Source: Theionarchaea archaeon
Lineage (GTDB): Archaea; Methanobacteriota_B; Thermococci; Methanofastidiosales; SZ-28-30
Assembly (NCBI GenBank): GCA_018992685.1
Contig: JACVGT010000002.1
Location: 16,294-80,293 of the forward strand
DNA length: 64,000 nt
Direction: 5' to 3'
This document shows positions 1 to 8,636 of this stretch, piece after piece. The position numbers were made by a program, and so were the translations under genes. Every line of letters starts with the position of its first letter. Position 1 is the stretch's first letter. The notes beneath the pieces were generated by a model, which searched no databases, had not been told where the DNA came from, and saw nothing but the letters and a program-made list of their open reading frames with translations.

Positions 1-1202
1 TAGATATATACACCGGGAGCTGTGATATCGGGCTTTATTCTGTCGTCAGTAGTAGGACCTCTGGAAGAGAAGCTGGCAAGAGCATCTGACTTGTCAGAAG
101 CACCAACAGTGATGACATCTGTTGCATCACCAGGTGTGCTAATGGTGCAGCATGCTGAACCATCATTTCCAGCAGCACATACGACGACAACACCCTGACC
201 TACAGCCCAGTTGCACTCCTTAGCCAATGCGCTAGTACCGTCGCCACCGCTTCCACCTAAAGACAGTGACTCCACATCTGCTCCCTGGGCAACTCCGAAG
301 TCAATACCCTGGATGATAGCACTGTCAGTGCATTGTCCGCCAGAAGTACATACTTTGGCCATCATGAGGTCTGCACCAGGTGCAACACCCTCAGGACTGT
401 CTTCGCCAGCGGCAATGGATGAGCAGTGGGTACCGTGTCCATGGTCATCGTAAGGTGTGGATTGACTGTTGACGTAGTCTGCCCAGGCAATGATCTTCCC
501 AGAGGGGAAGTCACAGTGGTTGGGGTCAATACCAGTGTCGATGATACATATTTTAATTCCAGTACCATCGTATCCAGCATACCAGCAGTCATCTGCGTTG
601 ATCAGCGGGATACTGTCAGATAAGGTGACGTAGGCGACACCGTCAGCTTCTACGAACTCAACCTCAGCGACCTCAGACAGAGCTTTGATGTTGGACACAC
701 GAATGTCCACAACAGCACCCATGCCACTGAGGAAGTTGTAGTAGACACTGCCGAATTTTTCCAGTTTGCTGGCAGCGTTGGGATTCTTGAACCATACTAG
801 AGTTCTTACAATGTCGTTTCCGTTCATGCCATTGATCTGGTCCTTGATTGACCACTTCATTTTGGCCACGTTGTTCGGTACGACGGCGACATATTCGTTA
901 GAACCTACTTCAGTTAAGTAGGCCATTGGTATCATGAAATCGGTATCACTGATCTGGACAATGGGAAGGTATTCTACATTGATTTCCTTCGTCACTCTGT
1001 TCAGAACACCAGAGCCAACCGATATGTACAGGAAGTCAGAATCTTCCCCTGTAATATCCATGTTGAGCTTCAGCAGGTCTCTTCCCTCGTATCCAAAAGT
1101 CTGGACGTGAATTACTCCCTTGGTGGGCTTAGCACTCACGGCAACTAGTGAGAAAACAAGCATACTTATTGTGGCAAGCACGAAGATCTTTCGACTCTTC
1201 AT
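1..1202 (-). CDS. Secreted S8 (subtilisin-like) serine protease; 3' end runs off the window
   Basis: Not in the ORF track because it is open at the edge. Hand translation from ATG 1202 (RBS GGAGGTGA) gives MKSRKIFVLATISMLVFSLVAVSAKP..., with catalytic motifs IIDTGID and DDHGHGTHCSSI. Paralogue of 5727..7277. Confidence 0.9.
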   Translation of the reverse strand, partial: MKSRKIFVLATISMLVFSLVAVSAKPTKGVIHVQTFGYEGRDLLKLNMDITGEDSDFLYISVGSGVLNRVTKEINVEYLPIVQISDTDFMIPMAYLTEVGSNEYVAVVPNNVAKMKWSIKDQINGMNGNDIVRTLVWFKNPNAASKLEKFGSVYYNFLSGMGAVVDIRVSNIKALSEVAEVEFVEADGVAYVTLSDSIPLINADDCWYAGYDGTGIKICIIDTGIDPNHCDFPSGKIIAWADYVNSQSTPYDDHGHGTHCSSIAAGEDSPEGVAPGADLMMAKVCTSGGQCTDSAIIQGIDFGVAQGADVESLSLGGSGGDGTSALAKECNWAVGQGVVVVCAAGNDGSACCTISTPGDATDVITVGASDKSDALASFSSRGPTTDDRIKPDITAPGVYI

Positions 1203-1269
1203 TTCTTCACCTCCTTTTTCCTTGTTATGCAGCTGCACAAGGCAGGCACACATTTCTGTTTGCCCTCAT

Positions 1270-1301
1270 GTATATAAATTTTTCGGTTAGACAATTGTCT
1301 A
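1270..1301 (-). promoter_or_regulatory. BRE/TATA promoter of S8 protease 1 with an upstream 14-bp palindrome
   Basis: Minus strand reads CTAACCGAAAAATTTATATA. Perfect palindrome TAGACAATTGTCTA at 1288..1301. The same BRE/TATA string lies upstream of S8 protease 2. Confidence 0.6.
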
Positions 1302-1454
1302 GTAGGTGATATTATAAGAAAAGGAGAAATATTTCTGACCTTCTAGGATTATGTACATTATCCCATGATAAGAAATAAGAATGAGAGCCGCTTTTCTATT
1401 GGGCAATAACTGGATCGAGATTGCACATTCACTACAATCTGGGCGTGTGAACTC

Positions 1455-2690
1455 TCACCGAACTACCCACGACACGATGAGGACAATCAGGAAGGTCACA
1501 GCAGTCAGTATTCCAAAGAAAACCAGAACGGCAAAGAAGATCAGTGCACTCATTTGCGGGCTGCTCAGAGGATTGGAAAGGAATGCAAGGAGTAAAGCAG
1601 GAACCACAAGATACTCATAGTCTTTGAGCCAGGACTCGACTCTGGTACCCCATCGTTCACTGTCCATTCTCACAGTGTTTATCATGAGAACACTTCCCGT
1701 ATATCCCAGGAGAAGACCGAAGGCTGTGTAGCTATACGTGATGACCTGCAACTGGAATGCGCTGAGAGCTCCAGCATCCAGGATTCCAAGAAAATCAGCA
1801 ATGTTCAGCCCAAAAAACATGAATATCTGGGGAAGCAGTCCAGGGACGTAGAACTTCCAGGTGTGCAGCTTCTCGAAAAGGGTTTTCTCGAAGAGGAGGA
1901 AAGCAATGAATACTCCCAGGAATATGCCAGTGCACCCCGAACAGGTTACAAATTGCTTTCCTGCAAAGAAATAGGAAGAGGCTCCCCACTGGTCACAGAA
2001 CACTCCACCGAACCTGAACAGGTATTTGTACAATGCTTCTGTCCATTCAGGTGCTGTCACAATCCATGACGGCATTGAGGTCATATTACTGTATACCAGA
2101 ACGTCCCAGATGACATGACTTATGGCAGGGGCCAGCAGATTCCGTATCTTCTCCATTTCTATGCTCAAGATCACTGATCCGATGCAACTGATGACCACAA
2201 TCTCGGCCAAGGACAGGGGGGAACGCAGGGAATAGAATACTGACACTTTGTACAGTCCAAACAGTGCCGTAACAATGATGACCTTGCTCACAAATCCAAA
2301 GCTCTCGGACAGTTTCCCCTGAAGATATCCTCTGAAGAAGAACTCTTCCGCAGCAGCTACCACTGTAACAGCAGCCACAATAGATGCATTAAAAGCAATG
2401 GTGGACAGACTCAGTCTCTCATAGACTACATATATGAGGAACATTGCCAGTCCAAGCACCAATCCCACTCCAATGTTCAGGGGCAAATCCTGATTCTTGA
2501 GTTGAAAGTCGTCAAACCCTCTTAGGGTACTGCTCCACACATATAGGACACCCAAGAATAGTGCAATTGACACCAGTTGTGCCCAGCTATCTCCGGTGTA
2601 GTACAGATAGATGACGGCGCACAGGCCGAGGGTGGCTATGATAGCCTGATTCGAAATCGAAATTGAACGTATCTTTTCAGTCACATTCAT
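1455..2690 (-). CDS. CPBP-family (Rce1/Abi, CAAX-type) intramembrane glutamic protease fused to a C-terminal DUF2085-like membrane domain
   Basis: Motifs AEEFFFRGY (EExxxR) and AISHVIWD. C-terminal FCDQ...SYFFAGKQFVTCSGCTGIFLG resembles the DUF2085 CHQ...CARC.G motif. Start placed at ATG 2690, which overlaps the ubiA stop (ATGA). Confidence 0.75.
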   Translation of the reverse strand: MNVTEKIRSISISNQAIIATLGLCAVIYLYYTGDSWAQLVSIALFLGVLYVWSSTLRGFDDFQLKNQDLPLNIGVGLVLGLAMFLIYVVYERLSLSTIAFNASIVAAVTVVAAAEEFFFRGYLQGKLSESFGFVSKVIIVTALFGLYKVSVFYSLRSPLSLAEIVVISCIGSVILSIEMEKIRNLLAPAISHVIWDVLVYSNMTSMPSWIVTAPEWTEALYKYLFRFGGVFCDQWGASSYFFAGKQFVTCSGCTGIFLGVFIAFLLFEKTLFEKLHTWKFYVPGLLPQIFMFFGLNIADFLGILDAGALSAFQLQVITYSYTAFGLLLGYTGSVLMINTVRMDSERWGTRVESWLKDYEYLVVPALLLAFLSNPLSSPQMSALIFFAVLVFFGILTAVTFLIVLIVSWVVR

Positions 2691-3547
2691 GATATTCCTC
2701 CTGCATAGGTGATTCCTGAGAGCAGAATGCTTGCTGTGCAAAAAAAGAAGCAGTTTATATAAGCTTTTTCATAAGAGTTGGTGTTGCCCATGAGTATGTG
2801 GATGTAGGCCATCCAGGGCACCAGGCCCAGATATACGAGGAACCATGGAGAGAATAACCCTGCAACAGCCAGTATTGGAAATCCCACCACAGGCACAGCA
2901 AGGCCCCCCATGACCACAGCGCGCGATGTGTTGATCCCCATGGTGAGAGGAACAGTGTCCACGTCAAGAGCGTCATCACCTTTGAGATCAATGAAATCTT
3001 TGCTGATACTGGCCCCTGCGGTTTGTGCAGTGAGAAGGGCAGCAATGATCATAATATCAGAATTCAGTGAGGAGTAGATGTCAAACCCACCGACGAGAGG
3101 TATCAAAACATACCCAGCTGCAATTGCCAGCGGTGCAGCCGCACCACGTGCCTTTATGCGGGTTGGCCGGATGGAGTAGGTTGTTGCCAAGATGAGACCT
3201 GCTATCACAAAGAGGGAACGGGTCAGGTCGAGGAACACTATTGACAAGAGGAGACCGCCCACAAAAAGGAATGCGGAAAAGTATAAAACTGTCTCTTTCT
3301 TTACGATGCCTTTGGGTATTGCCCTATCAGGACGTGTAATCCTGTCGATTCTGTAATCTGTGTATGCATTGAGGCTGTTGGCGTACCCCAGTATGAACAC
3401 AGGGAATAAAACGGCAATAAAGACAATGTCCTGGAGAGGAGGTATTCCCCGTAACGCAATCATCATTCCGGCCAGGATCGTGACGATTACAGAAACCCAG
3501 GTCATAGGGCGCATGGTTCGAATAAGTGCGACTGCTTTCGTAATCAT
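2687..3547 (-). CDS. UbiA-family prenyltransferase (DGGGP-synthase-like)
   Basis: RP N-terminal motif, Asp-rich motifs NAYTDYRIDRITRPDRAIPKG and KDFIDLKGD, multiple TM segments. Start is 3547 or 3571. Confidence 0.85.
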   Translation of the reverse strand: MITKAVALIRTMRPMTWVSVIVTILAGMMIALRGIPPLQDIVFIAVLFPVFILGYANSLNAYTDYRIDRITRPDRAIPKGIVKKETVLYFSAFLFVGGLLLSIVFLDLTRSLFVIAGLILATTYSIRPTRIKARGAAAPLAIAAGYVLIPLVGGFDIYSSLNSDIMIIAALLTAQTAGASISKDFIDLKGDDALDVDTVPLTMGINTSRAVVMGGLAVPVVGFPILAVAGLFSPWFLVYLGLVPWMAYIHILMGNTNSYEKAYINCFFFCTASILLSGITYAGGIS

Positions 3548-3751
3548 GCTATGTGGAACCCCAGCCTCCATAAAAGGTTTTCGATATGAAAGAGATTGAC
3601 CCAGGTGTGTGATAGTATATAAGAGGTACGTGATTTGATGACTGGTACTTTCTAACTTCTGAAGAAGAAGACCATGAATACCCGAAAAATCTTCAGGCTA
3701 GATTCGGGAAAGGTAGGAGAAAAAGAAAAAGGAAATAAGAGAGAAGTTGAC

Positions 3752-5608
3752 CTATCTCTTTCTGAACACTTCTACAGAACCAAAGAGCAGCAGTATTCCC
3801 AGGAGGACTGTTCCAAGGCAGCTTCCGCTGTTATCAACAGTCACAGTTATTGTATCGTCATCCACCAACTGACTGCTGGCATTGTATCCTTCAGCCTTCA
3901 CCGTGTGGCTGGCGTCAGAGTACTGGGTTGTGTCCCAGCTCCACGAGAATGGGGATGTACTGTCTGTGGCCACGTTCGTGCCGTCTATGTAAAACTTGAC
4001 GGATGTGACTTCTGTGCTGGTGTCTACGGTGACGCTAACTGTGCCAGAAACGGTCTGGCCCTGCGAGGGGTTGGTTATAGAGACTGCTGGAATGACCTTG
4101 TATGGATTGTCTGCGCAGTCGATAAAGTAGAGGGCACCTTGGTAGTTGTTTGCACACAGTGTGGGCAGCACTGAAGGCGGTGGGTAGAATTCTCCTCCCT
4201 CCAACTCAACTGTGAAGGAGAAGCACGGCATAGCGTCATTCTGTGTTACTCCGTAACTCCAGTCATCAGTAGTCCCAGAAGCCAGGTACAAATCTGCAGA
4301 CTGCTGAGCTGTGTATCCAACGTAGCTAGCATACTTGGCACCCATGGTCTCGTGAACCTTTCGGTCGCTTGCATCTGAAATAGCATCATAAGTGTAACCC
4401 CACGGCCAGAGTACTAGCTCGCCGTAAGAGTGGTAGGTCAGTAGCACATTGATATCAGGATGAGCATTGAAGAAGTCCCTTACAACTGCCGTCTCGGGAG
4501 CGTCAAAGGCCTCATACCCCCGGAAGGTGTCACTGGTGCAGTAGCCTGAAGAGCCGCTTCCACCCCATCCGTAGGAGTAGTTTCTGTTCAGATCAGTCCC
4601 AATGCCACCATCGCATGGCTGTCTGTTCTTTCTCCAGCTGAGTCCGCTGCCTGAGTAGCCACCAGAGTCATCATATACTTTACCATCTGGATTGATGATG
4701 GGCACAATGTAGATTTCTCTGTTATTCACCAGATCAGTGATTGTCTGATTCGAACCGTAGTTGTCAGTCAGCTGATTTATGATGTACATGGCAACTTCTA
4801 CTGTAGCACATTCTCTTGCGTGGTGCAGGGCACAGAAGAAGATCTCGGCTTCAGATTCTTCAGTTGCAACGTTGTCTGAAATTTTGAGGTATGGGATGGT
4901 TCTGCCTTCATATGAAGTCCCGAGAGAATATACTTTGGCAATGGACGAGTGATCCGATTCAATCTGACTGAGTTCACTGACGACTTCAGCGTAGGTGTGG
5001 TACTCATCTTCTATTACCAAGATCGACGGGCTGTCCACCACCTCAACGGTAAACCCAGAGAGGCAGAGTGCTATCAGACCTTCATAGGATACTAGAACAT
5101 TCATGTATCCCTCTTTAAGGTTCACTCCTGCAACGTCTACACCACTGATTGCCACCAGGGTTCTCAGGTACTTGTTGTTGGCGTACACTTTGACTTGAAG
5201 CTGCTCTGCTCCAATGTATTGATCGAACTCGGATGTGTCAATTTCCTTCTTCAGCACTGAGTGGGGCAGTTTGATCACGTAATCATTGAGTCCTTTCTGT
5301 TTGAGATCACTCTTGGCGATAGTCACTACAAAATAGCCTTGTCCAACTCCGGTGACTGTCAAATCAACGTATTTGACAGCTGAAGCTATGGCAAAATGAT
5401 ACTGGAACATTGCCATGTCCAGGTCAGTGAACTTACAGGTGATTGTCTTTTTGTCTTCCGAAATCTTTTCCAGTTGCAGGACGACAATATCCTCTTTTTC
5501 TCCTGCAATCTGAACGTGGACGGTAACTGTGTTTCCGAGTCCAGTGGCTGCTGCAGATAAAGCGAGTATAGCTGTTAGGAATACTAGAGCTCCGATTTTA
5601 CCTTTCAT
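3752..5608 (-). CDS. Secreted M14 zinc carboxypeptidase (carboxypeptidase T-like) with Ig-like domain and C-terminal CLGT-TM-basic tail
   Basis: Signal peptide; HHAREC (HxxE), WRKNR, DLNRN, TYHSY, FTVEL; Ig-like domain; ends NSGSCLGTVLLGILLLFGSVEVFRKR. ATG 5608 follows GGAGGTGA. Confidence 0.9.
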   Translation of the reverse strand: MKGKIGALVFLTAILALSAAATGLGNTVTVHVQIAGEKEDIVVLQLEKISEDKKTITCKFTDLDMAMFQYHFAIASAVKYVDLTVTGVGQGYFVVTIAKSDLKQKGLNDYVIKLPHSVLKKEIDTSEFDQYIGAEQLQVKVYANNKYLRTLVAISGVDVAGVNLKEGYMNVLVSYEGLIALCLSGFTVEVVDSPSILVIEDEYHTYAEVVSELSQIESDHSSIAKVYSLGTSYEGRTIPYLKISDNVATEESEAEIFFCALHHARECATVEVAMYIINQLTDNYGSNQTITDLVNNREIYIVPIINPDGKVYDDSGGYSGSGLSWRKNRQPCDGGIGTDLNRNYSYGWGGSGSSGYCTSDTFRGYEAFDAPETAVVRDFFNAHPDINVLLTYHSYGELVLWPWGYTYDAISDASDRKVHETMGAKYASYVGYTAQQSADLYLASGTTDDWSYGVTQNDAMPCFSFTVELEGGEFYPPPSVLPTLCANNYQGALYFIDCADNPYKVIPAVSITNPSQGQTVSGTVSVTVDTSTEVTSVKFYIDGTNVATDSTSPFSWSWDTTQYSDASHTVKAEGYNASSQLVDDDTITVTVDNSGSCLGTVLLGILLLFGSVEVFRKR

Positions 5609-5692
5609 GTCTTTCACCTCCTTTTGATTTGTCTCATTAGTGAGCTAATGAGCGTGATGCATGATATGATACGGTATGATGTGGTGAGCGTA

Positions 5693-5716
5693 AAAGAGAA
5701 ATAAAAAAGAAAAAAA
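5693..5716 (-). terminator. Oligo-T archaeal terminator after S8 protease 2
   Basis: A-rich run on the plus strand (T-rich on minus) just downstream of the stop at 5727. Confidence 0.4.
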
Positions 5717-5726
5717 GATGAATGAT

Positions 5727-7277
5727 TTATCTCCGCTTGAGTGCTACACCCAGCAATACGAGAGCAGATACAAAGGCAGTTCCAAGGCAGGTACCGCCAC
5801 ACTCACAACCACAATCTCCATCAGCTGGTGGAGACACACTGGGGTTGCTGATGATCTGCTGTACCGCAGCGTATGCATCTACACGGCCCCATCCCCACAG
5901 GCAGTCTTTGTTGACATTGCCCTTGTCGATGGCAGTTGCACCCATGCAGTTCTTGACCTGCAACGGGGTGGCTGTACCACGGGCATCCAGCATCAAGGCA
6001 GCAACACCTGCAATGTGCGGTGTGGCCATTGAAGTACCAGACATGGCAACATCACTGCATGAGGTTCCTGCATCGGCAGCGTAGATTGACACACCAGGAG
6101 CTGTGATGTCGGGCTTTATCCTGTCGTCAGTGGTAGGACCTCTGGAAGAGAAGCTGGCAAGAGCATCTGACTTGTCAGAAGCACCAACAGTGATGACATC
6201 TGTTGCATCACCAGGTGTGCTAATGGTGCAGCAAGTTGAACCATCATTTCCAGCAGCACAAGCAACGACAGCGCCCTGACCTACAGCCCAGTTGCACTCC
6301 TGAGCCAAGGTGCTGGTACCGTCGCCACCGCTTCCACCTAAGGACAGAGACAATACATCTGCTCCCTGAGCGACTGCCCAGTCAATACCCTGGACGATAG
6401 CAGTTGTGGTACCGGACCCGGAAGAGTTCAGCACCTTTGCACCCATCAATGAAGCAGCCTTGGCTACACCATATGGTGATGCAGCACCTGCAGCAATGGA
6501 TGCGCAGTGAGTACCGTGTCCATGGTCATCGTAGGCTGTGGTCTTGCTGTTGACATAGTCCACGAATTTCACAATCTTCCCAGAGGGGAAGTCACAGTGG
6601 TTGGGGTCAATACCAGTGTCAATGATGCAGATCTTAATTCCAGCACCATCGTATCCGGCATTCCAGCAGTCATCTGCGTTGATCAGAGGTACACTGGAAG
6701 ACAGTGTTGCGTAGACAATGGCGTCATCTTCCAGGAACAGAATTCCAGCATCCTCAGACAGTGCCTTGATGTTGGAAACAGCGATGGTCATGGATGCTCC
6801 CAGTCCACTGGCAAACTCGTAGGTGACTGTACCGAATTTGGTGAGGTCGACAGCTCCGCCCTTGTACATAACCATGATGTCCATCAGATCATTGCCGTTC
6901 TTTCCAGCGATCTTGTCCTTCAAGTTCCACTTGATCTTGGTGACATCGTTGGGGACGACAGCGACGAATTCATTGTCACCCACCTCAGTCAGATATGCTT
7001 TGGGGATGCCAAAGGTCGTCTCATTGATCTGGACAATGGGCAGCTTGTCAACGTTGATCTCCTTCTCGATTCTGTTGAGCATTCCGGGGTTGACGTTAAC
7101 ATAAATGTAGCCGGAGTCTTCACCAGTGATGTCAACGTTGAGTTTCAGAACGTCTCTTCCCTCAAATCCGAAAGTTTGAACGTGAATTGTTGCGTTGGTG
7201 GGCTTAGCACTAACAGCAATCAGTGAGAAAACAAGCATAGCCACTGTAGCAAGCACAAATACCTTTCGCGTTTTCAT
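5727..7277 (-). CDS. Secreted S8 serine protease with C-terminal CLGT-TM-basic tail
   Basis: Triad motifs IIDTGID, HGHGTH and SGTSMATPH; signal peptide; ends CGCECGGTCLGTAFVSALVLLGVALKRR. Confidence 0.93.
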   Translation of the reverse strand: MKTRKVFVLATVAMLVFSLIAVSAKPTNATIHVQTFGFEGRDVLKLNVDITGEDSGYIYVNVNPGMLNRIEKEINVDKLPIVQINETTFGIPKAYLTEVGDNEFVAVVPNDVTKIKWNLKDKIAGKNGNDLMDIMVMYKGGAVDLTKFGTVTYEFASGLGASMTIAVSNIKALSEDAGILFLEDDAIVYATLSSSVPLINADDCWNAGYDGAGIKICIIDTGIDPNHCDFPSGKIVKFVDYVNSKTTAYDDHGHGTHCASIAAGAASPYGVAKAASLMGAKVLNSSGSGTTTAIVQGIDWAVAQGADVLSLSLGGSGGDGTSTLAQECNWAVGQGAVVACAAGNDGSTCCTISTPGDATDVITVGASDKSDALASFSSRGPTTDDRIKPDITAPGVSIYAADAGTSCSDVAMSGTSMATPHIAGVAALMLDARGTATPLQVKNCMGATAIDKGNVNKDCLWGWGRVDAYAAVQQIISNPSVSPPADGDCGCECGGTCLGTAFVSALVLLGVALKRR

Positions 7278-7353
7278 TCTTTTTCACCTCCTTTGCGTAT
7301 TTTGACAGCCTGCGAATAGATTCTTACAGGCAATCATACATCTTCTGTTCACC

Positions 7354-7373
7354 TATATAAACTTTTCGGTTAG
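7354..7373 (-). promoter_or_regulatory. BRE/TATA promoter of S8 protease 2
   Basis: Minus strand CTAACCGAAAAGTTTTATATA, nearly identical to the promoter at ~1270..1290. Confidence 0.6.
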
Positions 7374-7433
7374 TGGGCAAATGAAATCCTCTCCAGTACT
7401 GAAAGAAAGAAATTCCGAAAGAATTGATGAATA

Positions 7434-8636
7434 TCACAGAGATATCCCAAGATGATAGATCAGGATCGGAAGGAGGAGAGCACCCATACAATGTGATCGG
7501 CGTATGGCCAGAAAAAGCGGAAGAAGTCCGATAAGGCAACCAACTCCCATCAGTGCAACCCCTCTTACCCCGGTCATTACCCATACCAGTATGACCAGCA
7601 TGCAACAAGTGCCAGCCACTACCGCGGTGTAGTGGACACGAGATAAGAGCTTCAGCATCTGTCGAGCAATAAAGAGAGCAGCAACAGATGCTATTCCAGC
7701 TGCAAGGAGTCCACAAGATAGGAGTTGCGCCAGCGCTGCTCTATCTACTTGGATCAGGTTCTGGATGGCAGCTACTGCCCCACTCCGTGCCTTTCCAACA
7801 GTATATGCTACAATGAGAGCATACACAGCATTTGCGGTGTTGACCCCAGAGACTGCCACCAGAAATGCCCTGGGAGAAGATCTCACGGAAATGACAGCAG
7901 TCGCATGAGCAGGGCCGATTCCTGGAAAGAGTGACACAAAAATGCCTGCCACTGCTCCCTTTGCCATATTCAGCATGATTTGAATCTGGCTCAGGTGGAT
8001 TCTGGAGTCAACGGGCTGAAGGGGAAGGGTTGCTGAACAAGTTGCGCTTACCAGTAAAGTACTCATTCCAAATAACCCACAGAACATAGGAAATAAGACA
8101 AGATCACTGCTGACCAAAGGAGAGTTCAGGGCGATGTATCCATAGATTCCTGATATCAGAAAGACCACACAGGCTGCCGAAATCCTGTAGAGAGTCCTTT
8201 CAGAACCAGCCATTAGAACCACAAATCCCAGCAGGATATATGCCAGGTACGGATTGATGGCCACATAGATGCAAGGAATTACCAGGACCAGCAGTGGGAC
8301 CAATGCACATGATATCATCAATGATCCCAAACTTCCTATTATCGTGAGCTTGATTGCTTCGTATCCCCTTCCCTGGAGAAGCAGCCGATGTGCTGGCAGA
8401 ATACTCAGGGCAGTGTCTTCGTCGGGGACCCCAAATAATGTGGATGGAATGAAGTCTAGAAATGTATGGGTCACAGCCAGGGAGAAAATGAGGACAGCGC
8501 CCATGGTTCCGGAAATAGGAAGCAGCACCACAAATGGCAACAGCGTATTGACGTGTAATCCTGGAGTCAATCCGGTAATAATTCCGAGACAGACCCCCGC
8601 TCCGCACATACTGGTAAATACTAGAACTTCATGCAC
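7434..8636 (-). CDS. Tripartite tricarboxylate transporter TctA-family permease (archaeal DUF112 type)
   Basis: GLTPGLHVN, THTFLDFIPSTLFGVPD...LPAHRLLLQGRG, FPGIG motifs; polytopic membrane protein. Confidence 0.85.
   Translation of the reverse strand: MHEVLVFTSMCGAGVCLGIITGLTPGLHVNTLLPFVVLLPISGTMGAVLIFSLAVTHTFLDFIPSTLFGVPDEDTALSILPAHRLLLQGRGYEAIKLTIIGSLGSLMISCALVPLLVLVIPCIYVAINPYLAYILLGFVVLMAGSERTLYRISAACVVFLISGIYGYIALNSPLVSSDLVLFPMFCGLFGMSTLLVSATCSATLPLQPVDSRIHLSQIQIMLNMAKGAVAGIFVSLFPGIGPAHATAVISVRSSPRAFLVAVSGVNTANAVYALIVAYTVGKARSGAVAAIQNLIQVDRAALAQLLSCGLLAAGIASVAALFIARQMLKLLSRVHYTAVVAGTCCMLVILVWVMTGVRGVALMGVGCLIGLLPLFLAIRRSHCMGALLLPILIYHLGISL

Noticed and set aside
6507-7226. Long antisense ORFs (e.g. 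6507..7226, 32767..33423, 36769..37488, 53169..53732, 63307..63957)
   Set aside because: They are shadows of well-supported genes on the opposite strand, with no motifs or RBS.
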